This document shows positions 1-10,969 of a stretch of 48,972 bases of DNA, piece after piece. A program made the translations under genes and the position numbers. Below the pieces are notes generated by a model that did no database searches, had not been told where the DNA came from, and was given only the letters and a program-made list of their open reading frames with translations. The number at the start of each line of letters is the position of its first letter. Position 1 is the stretch's first letter. Origin of the DNA: Pseudomonadota bacterium (GTDB lineage: Bacteria; Pseudomonadota; Alphaproteobacteria; MED-G09); assembly GCA_036344135.1 (NCBI GenBank), contig JAYYUG010000050.1, forward strand, positions 1-48,972, read 5' to 3'.

Positions 1-1079
1 GGAACCTGAGCCCCCAAATACCCCAACAAAAGACAGTCTAAAACAAATATGAAGAAGAACATCTTGTAGAATGGACGATAACGAGCCGATCTGACTTTCA
101 TTGTGTCAAGCCATGGCAAAAAGAAAAGAACAATTATAGACCCAAACATCAGTAAAACTCCAAATAACTTGTCCGGAACAGCACGTAAAATTGCGTAAAA
201 AGGAAGGAGATACCATTCTGGAACGATATGAGCGGGTGTTAACATAGGATCAGCTTCAATGTAATTGTCAGGGTGTCCTAAAGCATTAGGATTGTAAAAA
301 ATAAAATAACAGAATAACAACAAGAAAACTACGTAAGCAAAGAAATCTTTGACAGTATAATATGGGTGAAAAGCTACAGTGTCCTGCTTTCCTTGAACCG
401 ATACCCCTGTTGGATTGTTGTTACCTGGAACATGGAGCGACCATATGTGTAAGATTACTAATCCAAAAATTATAAATGGTATTAAATAATGTAAACTGAA
501 AAACCTGTTTAAAGTTGGGTTATCAACGGCGAACCCTCCTAACAAAAGTTGCGTCAATGAATCCCCAATTATAGGCAGTGTGCCAACCAAATTTATAATC
601 ACAGTGGCTGCCCAATAACTCATTTGTCCCCAAGGTAAAACGTATCCCATAAAAGCAGTAACAATCATTAGGAAGTAAATAATACAGCCAAGGATCCATA
701 AGACCTCCCTTGGCTCTTTATAAGAGCCATAATACAAACCTCTAAACATATGAATATAAACCGCAAGAAAGAACATCGAGGAACCGTTTGAATGGGCGTA
801 CCTAATCAACCAACCATAATTAACATCACGCATAATGTGTTCAATACTATCGAAGGCTAGTAACGAATTTGGCGCATAATGCATTGCCAGTATTACTCCT
901 GTTATAATTTGAGTGATTAAGAAGAAAGTCAGGATAAAACCAAAAGTCCAAAAATAGTTTAAATTTTTTGGTGTAGGGAATTGTAAAATGTGCTCATTTG
1001 TAAACCTGAGGATTGGCAGACGTGTATCCAACCATCTAGTAAAACTGGTTTTTGCAACATATTCGTAATCGTTATTCAT
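1..1079 (-). CDS. petB: cytochrome b of the bc1 complex (3'-truncated by the window edge; missing from the ORF track)
   Basis: Manual translation from ATG at 1079 gives [23 protein letters not shown]..., followed by cytochrome b motifs ([39 protein letters not shown]). Lies directly downstream of the Rieske gene. Confidence 0.97.
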   Translation of the reverse strand, partial: MNNDYEYVAKTSFTRWLDTRLPILRFTNEHILQFPTPKNLNYFWTFGFILTFFLITQIITGVILAMHYAPNSLLAFDSIEHIMRDVNYGWLIRYAHSNGSSMFFLAVYIHMFRGLYYGSYKEPREVLWILGCIIYFLMIVTAFMGYVLPWGQMSYWAATVIINLVGTLPIIGDSLTQLLLGGFAVDNPTLNRFFSLHYLIPFIIFGLVILHIWSLHVPGNNNPTGVSVQGKQDTVAFHPYYTVKDFFAYVVFLLLFCYFIFYNPNALGHPDNYIEADPMLTPAHIVPEWYLLPFYAILRAVPDKLFGVLLMFGSIIVLFFLPWLDTMKVRSARYRPFYKMFFFIFVLDCLLLGYLGAQV

Positions 1080-1084
1080 GCTCT

Positions 1085-1606
1085 CTATCCGATCTTTATG
1101 ATGGTATCACTGGAAAATTCATAAGGGGGAATCTCGAGATTAGTTGGAGCTGGCCCTTTTCTTATTCTACCGGAAATATCATAATGCGATCCATGACATG
1201 GGCAAAACCACCCATCATAATCCCCTCGATCGGCAATTGGAATGCAACCCAAATGCGTACAAACACCTACAACAACTAGCCATTCTTTCTTTTTAACTCT
1301 ATCAGCATCATTCTGAGGATCAGGTAGATCTTCTTTATCCTCAGACTCAGCTCTTATTATTTCTTCAGCTGTTCTACGTCTTATATAAACTGGCTTACCT
1401 CGCCAGGCTACCTTTAGGAATCCTCCCTCAGGAACTTCAGAAATGTCAACTTCTATACTAGATAAAGCTTTTACAGAGGAGTCAGGGTTCATTTGATCGA
1501 CTAATGGCCAAACCACTGCAGCTGCTCCAACGGCACCAAAAGTCCCTGTGGTTATATATAAAAAATCTCTTCTTGAAGGCTTATCATCTTCAGGGATGTC
1601 AGACAT
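1085..1606 (-). CDS. petA: ubiquinol-cytochrome c reductase Rieske iron-sulfur subunit
   Basis: Tat motif SRRDFL, TM anchor, Rieske boxes CTHLGC and CPCHGS; SD AGGAG upstream. Confidence 0.98.
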   Translation of the reverse strand: MSDIPEDDKPSRRDFLYITTGTFGAVGAAAVVWPLVDQMNPDSSVKALSSIEVDISEVPEGGFLKVAWRGKPVYIRRRTAEEIIRAESEDKEDLPDPQNDADRVKKKEWLVVVGVCTHLGCIPIADRGDYDGWFCPCHGSHYDISGRIRKGPAPTNLEIPPYEFSSDTIIKIG

Positions 1607-1682
1607 TCAAACTCCTAAAAAATTAAGAATCGTAAGATTGTATCGTTTATCTTGATTAGAAAGTAAAGAAAATAGTTGGGGA

Positions 1683-1699
1683 TGCGACATAATTGATCA
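1683..1699 (-). promoter_or_regulatory. possible RegA/PrrA/RegR-type box upstream of petA
   Basis: Minus strand reads TGATCAATTATGTCGCA. The right arm GTCGC, the central TT and the spacing fit the RegR-type box; the left arm is poor. RegA/PrrA regulates petABC in other alphaproteobacteria. Confidence 0.3.
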
Positions 1700-2929
1700 T
1701 CATATCTTAGCCCTTACAATTGACCTCATTCTTTCGATAAGGGAATATTTATCGTCGATAAAATCGGAATCAATCCACCATTTCTCTAGTTCGTCCAAAA
1801 TTTCTCCTACAATTGGGCCCTCAGGTACTCCTGACAACATCACATCTCTAGCTTTTATTGGTAAAGCCGGGATTTCCCAAGAGCTTGCCATTGCAAGAAG
1901 TGCTCTCCAATGTGTTGAATTTGAAATCTTTTTATCTTTAGCCCAAGAAATTCTTATTAGATCAATAAAATTATTGGATCCAAATAAGTAAAGGAATTTT
2001 CTTACTTCCTTAACAGACAAATAGCTTTTTACCTGATTCTTATTTTTTAATAACGTATCAATCCGCTTGTTGTCTTTGTTTGAGAATCTAAAAAGCTCTA
2101 AATTTGAGGATAGATTGTGGGCTTTAGGCATTAAAATGAAAAACCTCAAAAAAATGTCTACGTCAAAAAAATTCTCGCCATCTATATTTATCATTCTTTC
2201 AAAACTACCTGTAACAACTTCACCAGAGTAAATTGTATCTAGAAGACCTATCTTTTTCATTTCAACAATGGTTTTAAAAGAATTATTTGAAGACAAAATT
2301 TTAAAAAATTCTTTTTGAATTCTTTCGGGTGACAGAGTAGTTATTTTATCTTTATGTTTTTTAACAATATTTAACGTTTTTTTGCTTATTGCATTGCCAT
2401 AGTTGCTTGAGAATCTAAAAAATCTCAGAATTCTAAGATGATCCTCATTTATTCTTTCATTGGTATCACCAATAAAATTTATTACCTGTTTTTTTAAATG
2501 CTCAACCCCACTAAAAGGATCAAAAATTTCTCCATCTTGACTCATATAAATAGCATTAATGGTAAAATCTCTTCTCTTCGCATCAATCAGCCAATCATTG
2601 GTGTATTCAACTTCAGCGTACCTACCATCTGTGGATTTATCTCTTCTTAAAGTTGTTATCTCGAAAGTTAAATCATCAATAATTGCAGTAATTGTCCCGT
2701 GTTTGAGCCCAGGAGCCACAACTTTAATGTCTTTTGTCGATAAAATTTTGATAACCTCTTGAGGTTCATGTTTAGTAGCAATATCTATGTCCAAAGTCTC
2801 AAGATTTAATAATGCATCTCTTACACATCCTCCAACATATTTTGCTGCCTCTCCATCTTGATTAAGGAGTTGCATAATCATTTTAGAATTAGGATGATTT
2901 AGAGATGAATTTTTGTACTTTTCAATCAT
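1700..2929 (-). CDS. cca: CCA tRNA nucleotidyltransferase
   Basis: VGGCVRD, DIDIAT, EITTLR, RRDFTINA and EDHLRILRFFRF motifs. ATG at 2929 (MIEKY) preferred over the track's 2941 start. Confidence 0.92.
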   Translation of the reverse strand: MIEKYKNSSLNHPNSKMIMQLLNQDGEAAKYVGGCVRDALLNLETLDIDIATKHEPQEVIKILSTKDIKVVAPGLKHGTITAIIDDLTFEITTLRRDKSTDGRYAEVEYTNDWLIDAKRRDFTINAIYMSQDGEIFDPFSGVEHLKKQVINFIGDTNERINEDHLRILRFFRFSSNYGNAISKKTLNIVKKHKDKITTLSPERIQKEFFKILSSNNSFKTIVEMKKIGLLDTIYSGEVVTGSFERMINIDGENFFDVDIFLRFFILMPKAHNLSSNLELFRFSNKDNKRIDTLLKNKNQVKSYLSVKEVRKFLYLFGSNNFIDLIRISWAKDKKISNSTHWRALLAMASSWEIPALPIKARDVMLSGVPEGPIVGEILDELEKWWIDSDFIDDKYSLIERMRSIVRAKI

Positions 2930-3176
2930 TAGCTTTTTCAAAATGGCCAGGTTTTAACTCATCATTTATTATCTGTGGAGGAACGTATTCCAGGTCATTT
3001 GGTATTTTGTTGAAAAAAGAAGAAAAAATTAGACTAGAACTTAAAACTAGTAAGGAAATGATTGTAACCCAAAATGTTCGAGTCTTAGTGAATTCTCCAT
3101 TAGAAAGCAATATCCAGATAATATAGACAATAAACGGAATTAAAAATAAACCAATATGGAAAAGAAGTCGTATCAA
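2922..3176 (-). CDS. small two-TM membrane protein (DUF6111-like)
   Basis: Two hydrophobic segments and C-terminal YVPP...KPGHF. Occupies the usual position between the CoA pyrophosphatase and cca in alphaproteobacteria, with overlapping start/stop codons on both sides. Confidence 0.75.
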   Translation of the reverse strand: MIRLLFHIGLFLIPFIVYIIWILLSNGEFTKTRTFWVTIISLLVLSSSLIFSSFFNKIPNDLEYVPPQIINDELKPGHFEKAND

Positions 3177-3805
3177 TTCTTTTTAAGCCTTTCACACAAA
3201 TTTCTTAACATGCCAGCAGTTGCTCCCCAAATATAGTAATTATTATAAGGTATAGTATAATATTTTCTAACCGCTCCTTTCCAATATGAAGATTCTAATT
3301 TGTGATTCCTTTCATCCATAAGGAATCTAAGGGGCACCTTAAATACTTCTGACACCTCATGTGAATTATTTATCGCTGTATAGGGATTAGCAATAAATCC
3401 AACTACAGGTAAAATACGGTAACCTGTTCCGGTCTCATAGGTATCTAAATAACCGCATATAGAAATTTCATTTTTTAAAATACCAACCTCTTCTCTTGCC
3501 TCTCTAATAGCAGCATCTGTAACATCTTCGTTATTATCAACCTTTCCTCCTGGGAAAGCTACTTGTCCAGGATGTTCTTTCAAATAAGTAGATCTTTTAG
3601 TTAACAAAACATGTGGCACTTCCATATCTATAATACCTACCAAAACTGATGCTAGCTCTAATTTTTCAGGAAGAACACGGTCTTTTCTTTCGTCTATTAA
3701 ATCAAAGTCACTTTTGATACCGGGATTGAAATTCAATATCTCTTCTGATGGAGGGTTTTTATCGACCGCAGCAGTAATCTTTTTTTTCCATTCACTATCT
3801 TTCAT
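3173..3805 (-). CDS. CoA pyrophosphatase (Nudix hydrolase, NudL/PCD1 type)
   Basis: LLTKRS...HPGQVAFPGG motif, Nudix box GGKVD...AAIREAREEVG, and IWGATA. Confidence 0.92.
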   Translation of the reverse strand: MKDSEWKKKITAAVDKNPPSEEILNFNPGIKSDFDLIDERKDRVLPEKLELASVLVGIIDMEVPHVLLTKRSTYLKEHPGQVAFPGGKVDNNEDVTDAAIREAREEVGILKNEISICGYLDTYETGTGYRILPVVGFIANPYTAINNSHEVSEVFKVPLRFLMDERNHKLESSYWKGAVRKYYTIPYNNYYIWGATAGMLRNLCERLKKN

Positions 3806-4374
3806 ATTTTATTTAACTCTTTTGAATCCATGAAAGGAAAAAAACAACCTCCTGACCAAACTCCAAATTTTCCATTATGATCTTCAGCAATATCAACTAA
3901 CTCATAAAATACCGATCTATATATTTTAGCCTCCAGATCACCCCTTATTAAAACGTAAGGTTTTGGTTCCATTGTCTTTCTATCTATCTCAACTCTTATA
4001 GGGTACTCTTCACAAGCTATTACAGTGTCACCAACATTTGTATGAAACTTAAGATTACTAGATTTACCTTTATCCATAATATCAACATAAGTTGCAATAA
4101 AGGGAACATCTTCAACATCAATTAAAATTTTTTCTACTGGCGTGACAAGTACGTAACTACCATCCTCTTCTTTTCTCAATATTCGGGAAAAGAGATTTAC
4201 TATTCTTTTCCTCCCAATAGGAGAGTTCATGTAAAACCATGTTCCATCGCTTTTTATTTCCAATCCTATCTCCCCACAATGATCAGGGTTCCATTTTTCT
4301 ACCGGAGGATATCCATCATGACTCTCAGAGTTAACAGCTTCTGCTTCTTTTAGAACTTTACTTAAATCGACCAT
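3802..4374 (-). CDS. DUF1285 family protein
   Basis: PPVEKWNPDHCG, DGTWFY, LVTPVEK..I.VEDVPF and VWSGG.FF motifs; conserved neighbourhood. Confidence 0.88.
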   Translation of the reverse strand: MVDLSKVLKEAEAVNSESHDGYPPVEKWNPDHCGEIGLEIKSDGTWFYMNSPIGRKRIVNLFSRILRKEEDGSYVLVTPVEKILIDVEDVPFIATYVDIMDKGKSSNLKFHTNVGDTVIACEEYPIRVEIDRKTMEPKPYVLIRGDLEAKIYRSVFYELVDIAEDHNGKFGVWSGGCFFPFMDSKELNKI

Positions 4375-4444
4375 TATAAGAAGATATATATCTGATTTCT
4401 TTAGAGTATATTATAACTATTTTATTTTTTATGGAGATTTTTAT

Positions 4445-5359
4445 ATGGGTGTTTTAGATGGAAAAGTCGTATTAATCACTGGTGCGGCTAACGGTATAGG
4501 TAAAGAAACCGCTCTTCTTGCCTCTAAAGAAGGCGCCAGATTGGTTATAAATGATCTAGGTGGATCCGTTTCTGGTGGAGACGAAGGAGATAAAAGCCCT
4601 ATCGAAGAAGTGGCAGATCAAATTAAAAAGAATGGTGGAGAAGTTGTTTCGAATTCAGATTCAGTAACAGATAAAAAAGGAACTAAATATATGATACAAC
4701 AAGCTCTTGATGAATACGGAGATTTGCACTCAGTAATAAATCCCGCAGGAATATTAAGAGACAAGATGTTTCATAAAATGGATGATGAAGATTGGGAGGC
4801 TGTCATCTCAGTTCATTTGCATGGAAGTTATAACATCTGCAGATCAGCAATCAATTATTTTAGAGATAAGGAAGAAGGTAATTTTGTTCTCTTTACATCA
4901 ACATCTGGGCTTATAGGAAATATAGGACAAGCAAATTACGCGGCAGCTAAACTCGGTATCGTAGGCCTCTCAAGAATTATTGCTATGGAAAATACTTTAA
5001 AGAACATTAGATCAAATGTAATAGCCCCTTTTGCATGGACGAGAATGATAGCAACTATTCCGATAAAAGATGAGGCATCAAAAGAACGTGTAGAAAGGAT
5101 GAAAAATGCTATGCGTCCTGATCAAGTAGCACAAACTGTAGTTGCTCTTGCATCTCCTAGCTGTAACTTAAGCGGTCAAATATTATCTGTTAGAGGCAAT
5201 GAAATAGTTTTATTTAATCAACCGAGACCGATCAAAGGTATAGCCGATTCAGAAGGATGGTCGCCTGAAAAAATATTGCAATCTGCTTTTCCTGCTTTTG
5301 AAAATATCTCACAAGACTTAGGAGCTACAGCTTCTGTCTTTCCCTATGAGCCACTTTAA
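4445..5359 (+). CDS. short-chain dehydrogenase (3-hydroxyacyl-CoA dehydrogenase / MFE-2-like SDR)
   Basis: TGAANGIG, VINDLGG, AGILRD and GNIGQANYAAAK (YxxxK); SD GGAG upstream. Confidence 0.9.
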   Translation: MGVLDGKVVLITGAANGIGKETALLASKEGARLVINDLGGSVSGGDEGDKSPIEEVADQIKKNGGEVVSNSDSVTDKKGTKYMIQQALDEYGDLHSVINPAGILRDKMFHKMDDEDWEAVISVHLHGSYNICRSAINYFRDKEEGNFVLFTSTSGLIGNIGQANYAAAKLGIVGLSRIIAMENTLKNIRSNVIAPFAWTRMIATIPIKDEASKERVERMKNAMRPDQVAQTVVALASPSCNLSGQILSVRGNEIVLFNQPRPIKGIADSEGWSPEKILQSAFPAFENISQDLGATASVFPYEPL

Positions 5360-5361
5360 AT

Positions 5362-6285
5362 TCATTGATACAGGGCATATATATATACTGAGTAAGATAA
5401 AAGGCTTATAGCGCCAAAAATTCTAGGATTCCTATTACCGTACCTTACGATTATATAAAGCCAGCATGCAGTTCCGATTAAGATGTATGGATCTAATAAC
5501 AAGAAATCATCAGATATCTCTAAAGAACCTTTAACAAGAGAAGCAATTCCTAGCGCTCCTAAAATGTTTATTATATTTGATCCAATTATATTGCCTAAGG
5601 CAACGCTTGATTTTTTTCTAATAATAGAAAAAAGGGTCACGGATAACTCAGGAAGAGAGGTTCCGATCGCAGCAAGGCTTAACCCCAAAACTGATTCAGG
5701 AATATTAAATTTTTTAGCTAAGTCTACGAGCCCCTGAATTAAAAAATCAGAACCATAAAAAAGTGAAATAAAACTAATAATTAAAAGCCCCAATATTTGA
5801 AAGTAATTTTTCTTCTCTTCGTTCTCACCCGATGAAGGATTAACATTAAAAAATCTGAATGATAAAAAAAAGTAAACTAACAAAAAGAAAAGCATAAGCG
5901 CAGGCCAAATACCTCCTATAGAACCTAAAGCCATTAGATAAATTAGAAACAAAGTTGAAAAAGCCATAACGCTTAGATCGCCCATTGAAATCTTAGGTAA
6001 AACGTTTTTTTGACTAAGAAATAAGGCAAAACCAAGAACGAGAAGAATATTAGCTATATTGGAGCCAATAATTCCACCTACTGCTATGTCAGGAGAATTA
6101 GATAACGCTGCATTTGTAGCGACAAAAATCTCGGGTATGGAGGTGCCAAACCCTATAATAGCTATACCTATTATCATTGGAGATATGTTCATCTTTTTAG
6201 CGAGAGCAGTTGAGCTGCTAACAATAAAATCACCACCAAAAGCAAGAAGAGCAATACCGAGAGGAATTAGAATATAAAACGTCAT
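5362..6285 (-). CDS. calcium/sodium antiporter (CaCA, YrbG family)
   Basis: Two alpha-repeats, GTSIPE...GSNIAN and GTSLPE...GSNIIN; about 10 TM segments. ATG at 6285 preferred over the track's 6300 start. Confidence 0.92.
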   Translation of the reverse strand: MTFYILIPLGIALLAFGGDFIVSSSTALAKKMNISPMIIGIAIIGFGTSIPEIFVATNAALSNSPDIAVGGIIGSNIANILLVLGFALFLSQKNVLPKISMGDLSVMAFSTLFLIYLMALGSIGGIWPALMLFFLLVYFFLSFRFFNVNPSSGENEEKKNYFQILGLLIISFISLFYGSDFLIQGLVDLAKKFNIPESVLGLSLAAIGTSLPELSVTLFSIIRKKSSVALGNIIGSNIINILGALGIASLVKGSLEISDDFLLLDPYILIGTACWLYIIVRYGNRNPRIFGAISLLSYSVYIYALYQ

Positions 6286-6382
6286 TAGCTTAGATATCAA
6301 TATGTTATTAATTAGTCCAATTTTTTTAGAAAATTGATAAGATTTATTATAAATCTGGTATTTTCTTTATAAAAAAACCAAT

Positions 6383-6407
6383 AAAATAGATAAATTTTAT
6401 CTATTTT
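6383..6407. repeat. perfect 12-1-12 inverted repeat in the antiporter/groES divergent intergenic region
   Basis: AAAATAGATAAA-T-TTTATCTATTTT read directly from the sequence. Confidence 0.8.
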
Positions 6408-6450
6408 TAGTGAAAATTTGAGAAAATTTGTAAAATTTTACATAATTACC

Positions 6451-6479
6451 CTTGACACTCTCGATATGAATACTTATCT
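6451..6479 (+). promoter_or_regulatory. RpoH (sigma32)-type promoter of groESL
   Basis: CTTG-N18-CTTATCT matches the alphaproteobacterial RpoH consensus CTTG-N17/18-CYTATNT, 73 nt upstream of groES. Confidence 0.7.
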
Positions 6480-6552
6480 AAACACTGCTCTGGTTAAAAC
6501 CAGCAGAATTTTTAAGGAATGAGAAGTATTTAAATAAATTGGAGAAGAAAAT

Positions 6553-6840
6553 ATGAAATTTAGACCCTTACACGATAGAGTCTTAGTACAAAGAATTGAA
6601 GAAGACGAAAAGTCACCAGGAGGTATTATTATTCCCGATACCGCTAAAGAAAAACCTTCAGAAGGAAAAGTTGTTGAAGTTGGAAGTGGAGCCAAAGCTG
6701 AAGACGGCACGGTTACACCTCTAGATGTGAAGAAAGGTGACAAAATTTTATTTGGTAAATGGTCCGGCACAGAGGTAACTGTGGACGGGGACGAATTACT
6801 TATCATGAAAGAATCCGACATCTTAGGGATTATTGGATAA
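6553..6840 (+). CDS. groES: co-chaperonin GroES
   Basis: [25 protein letters not shown]; SD GGAG. Confidence 0.99.
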   Translation: MKFRPLHDRVLVQRIEEDEKSPGGIIIPDTAKEKPSEGKVVEVGSGAKAEDGTVTPLDVKKGDKILFGKWSGTEVTVDGDELLIMKESDILGIIG

Positions 6841-6860
6841 ATTATTATTGGAGGAATTAA

Positions 6861-8516
<1,656 letters not shown>

Positions 8517-8539
8517 TTCATATATTTGTATAAACAAAG

Positions 8540-8570
8540 AAAAAGGCCATCAGATTATGATGGCCTTTTT
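8540..8570. terminator. bidirectional intrinsic terminator between convergent groEL and hisG
   Basis: AAAAAGGCCATCA-GATTA-TGATGGCCTTTTT, with A and T tails on either side. Confidence 0.9.
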
Positions 8571-8580
8571 TGTTATAAAT

Positions 8581-9555
8581 TCACAAATCTATTTCAGTTT
8601 TTAACTTTTGCCATGCACTATCAATATTAAAATATATGAGATTAGGTTTATTAATTCTTATAGGACCATAGCCCTTCGATGTTAAATATTGAGAGCACGA
8701 AGACGATTTTTTTTCAGGGGTAATTAAGGAAACAACATCTCCCAAATTAGGTGTTCCGCCTGAAAAAATACCGTTAAACTTTCTAAATAAATCTAATTCC
8801 AGACTGTCATCATACGAAAGATACTCAAAAAGCATTTCAACCTTGTTAATAGCTTCCGATCTAGCTGAAATCGTCCTCAATAATTTCTCCACTGGATTGA
8901 GATTAAATTTATTCCAATCAAGACTTTTAGACGCGAAAATGCAGGCCTCACTTTTTAAAATTATCCCATCATTTAAAACCCTTAAATTATTAGCCTCCAA
9001 TGTTTTTCCACTTGATGTTATATCTACTATAAGTTCTGAAGTCCCAGCTGAAGGGGACCCTTCAGTCGCGCCAGTACTTTCGACAATCCTATAATTATTA
9101 ATACCCTTCTCTTTAAAAAAATTTCTTGTCAGCGTCTCAAATTTAGTAGCAACTCTTAAACGTCTTTCGTGAATGTGTAAAAAATCTCGAGTTACCTCTG
9201 ATAGATCCTGAGTATTGGAAACATCAATCCAAGAATTCGGAATTGCAACAACTACATCTGCTTTACTGAAGCCTAGTTTGGATAGAATGATTACTTCTTT
9301 AGAAATCTTACTATCCAGCTCAGAGATTAAATCCAATCCTGTAATACCTAATTGAACATTACCCGCTAGCAGTTCCATTGCTATCTCATTAGCAGAAAGA
9401 AATCTGATTTTTATATCTTCAAATTCCTTGATATGGCCTGTATAAGTTCTTTGATCTCCATCACGTATGATTGAGATCCCGGCAGAATTTAGGAATTCAT
9501 CCATATCCTCTTGAATCCGTCCTTTTGAAGGTAATGCGATTGTAATTGCTTTCAT
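8581..9555 (-). CDS. hisG: ATP phosphoribosyltransferase catalytic subunit (324-aa form)
   Basis: IALPSKGRI, LGITGLD, RVATKF and GATEGSP..GTSELIVDITSSGKTLEANNL; 4-nt overlap with hisZ. Confidence 0.95.
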   Translation of the reverse strand: MKAITIALPSKGRIQEDMDEFLNSAGISIIRDGDQRTYTGHIKEFEDIKIRFLSANEIAMELLAGNVQLGITGLDLISELDSKISKEVIILSKLGFSKADVVVAIPNSWIDVSNTQDLSEVTRDFLHIHERRLRVATKFETLTRNFFKEKGINNYRIVESTGATEGSPSAGTSELIVDITSSGKTLEANNLRVLNDGIILKSEACIFASKSLDWNKFNLNPVEKLLRTISARSEAINKVEMLFEYLSYDDSLELDLFRKFNGIFSGGTPNLGDVVSLITPEKKSSSCSQYLTSKGYGPIRINKPNLIYFNIDSAWQKLKTEIDL

Positions 9556-10907
9556 TTTAATGGCCTTAAAGATAATGCTTTTTCCAAATTTTCCATATTT
9601 AGTGCAGCTCCTACTGCGGGGATGTCAGTTTTTGAGCCCATTGACCTTATTAAATTATCATAACGACCACCTCCGCCAAGGTGAGTGGATTTCCCTTTTT
9701 GGGAATTAACAAAATCGAAAAGAAAACCTGTGTAATACTCAACCTCTCTTCCCTTTTCAGAAGAAAATTCAGATTTATCAAGATCCACTCCAAGCTCTTT
9801 AATTTGTTCTAACCTTTCTTTGGCTATATCTATCTGTCTTATGAGAGAGCTATCCAAATTTTTTGATATTGATCTTAAACGATCCAAAGCCTTAAAAGGT
9901 TTATCCGAAATAGACAGAAAATCCTTTATAAGATTAACTGTAGCATTTGAAAGCGGCTGTAAAGAGAACTCCTCACCTTTCTGCCTTAATCTCTCCATTA
10001 TTTCTTCGACGCTTCTTCCGACTGGTATTTCCTCAAAAGACATCCCAAGGCTCCTTCTGACTAAATCTGTGGCGGATTCCCTATCAAGTGAATAAACTCT
10101 ACGAGCAAGCTCATTATTGACAGATTTCTTAAAAGACAAATCCTCTAAAAGCACCCTGAAGTCGGATTCATTCCAATACTTTGCTTTTAACTTTTTTCTC
10201 CAAAGATCGGGAAGATCCATAACATCAAGAAAGATTGAGAATAGCGAAACATCCCCCATAAATGTTTGATAATTCTTAAGACCTTCATTTCGCAGCGTTG
10301 ATTCAACTTTATAAAAAATCTCTATCTCAGCAGCTAATTGGTCCTGTTTTCCTATATATTCTAAGCCTGCTTGGCTATATTCTGATGGTCCAGAACTATT
10401 TTCCAATCTGAGCTGAAAAACTTTACCAAAATAGGAATATAATTTCTTTTCCCCTGTAAACCCTTGGTCTAAATAATAAAGGCATGTTGGAATGGTTAAA
10501 TCAGGGCGAAGGCATAATCTTAGACCTTCTTGATCTGAAAAAATAAAAAGTCTATCAGCTACATTTTCACCCATTCTGTCTAGAACTTTTTCTGCTGAGA
10601 TCATTACTGGTGGATCTATTAAATCAAAACCGTCAGTTGAGAGATGTTTAACCATAGAGAGAGATGTTCCTGATAAATATTCTGTTGGATTAGTTTTAAT
10701 AATCTTTGGAACTGTCACTCCCCCAAAAACATCATTACTAATTTGTACTGATCTCTCTTCACATAACATTGCAATCTTAAGATGCAAACGAGCCGGAAAA
10801 CCTTTTTGCCTATAATTAGATACTGCGGAAGGATTAACGCCTAATAAATTGGCAAGTTTTCCTGTTCCACCGAGAGAATTAATTATGTCGTTAACATTTT
10901 TTTTCAT
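9552..10907 (-). CDS. hisZ: ATP phosphoribosyltransferase regulatory subunit with fused N-terminal Cro/YdaS-like HTH domain
   Basis: HisZ motifs LCLRPDLTIP, YFGKVF, QAGLE, EYYTGF and GGGRYDNL; position between hisS and hisG. About 65 extra N-terminal residues, IINSLGGTGKLANLLGVNPSAVSNYRQKGFP, have a Cro-like HTH pattern. Confidence 0.9.
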   Translation of the reverse strand: MKKNVNDIINSLGGTGKLANLLGVNPSAVSNYRQKGFPARLHLKIAMLCEERSVQISNDVFGGVTVPKIIKTNPTEYLSGTSLSMVKHLSTDGFDLIDPPVMISAEKVLDRMGENVADRLFIFSDQEGLRLCLRPDLTIPTCLYYLDQGFTGEKKLYSYFGKVFQLRLENSSGPSEYSQAGLEYIGKQDQLAAEIEIFYKVESTLRNEGLKNYQTFMGDVSLFSIFLDVMDLPDLWRKKLKAKYWNESDFRVLLEDLSFKKSVNNELARRVYSLDRESATDLVRRSLGMSFEEIPVGRSVEEIMERLRQKGEEFSLQPLSNATVNLIKDFLSISDKPFKALDRLRSISKNLDSSLIRQIDIAKERLEQIKELGVDLDKSEFSSEKGREVEYYTGFLFDFVNSQKGKSTHLGGGGRYDNLIRSMGSKTDIPAVGAALNMENLEKALSLRPLK

Positions 10908-10914
10908 ATTATAT

Positions 10915-10931
10915 ATTCATATAATATGAAT
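10915..10931. promoter_or_regulatory. 17-bp palindrome, candidate operator 1, upstream of HTH-hisZ
   Basis: ATTCATAT-A-ATATGAAT, a perfect 8-1-8 repeat with core TTCAT-N5-ATGAA, 7 nt upstream of the hisZ ATG. Confidence 0.55.
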
Positions 10932-10954
10932 TATATTAATAATCAAATAACAAT

Positions 10955-10969
10955 TTCATGAATTATGAA
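10955..10969. promoter_or_regulatory. candidate operator 2 overlapping the hisS stop codon
   Basis: TTCAT-GAATT-ATGAA has the same arms and spacing as the core at 10916-10930, offset by 39 bp. Confidence 0.5.

Noticed and set aside
1052-1279. 75-aa plus-strand ORF and the other short antisense or alternate-frame ORFs in the track (e.g. within cca, hisS, TBDRs, DUF3604)
   Set aside because: They lie inside well-supported genes, show no recognisable motifs, and are expected shadow ORFs.
4382-4393. Palindrome AGATATATATCT in a divergent spacer
   Set aside because: Low-complexity AT dinucleotide core and a single copy; likely chance.
6452-6478. CIRCE element
   Set aside because: Only TTGACACTC resembles the left arm and it coincides with the -35 box; there is no GAGTGC right arm after 9 nt.
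8581-9555. Long HisG co-occurring with HisZ
   Set aside because: About 320-aa HisG in hisS-hisZ-hisG clusters is known from other alphaproteobacteria, so it is not novel alone.
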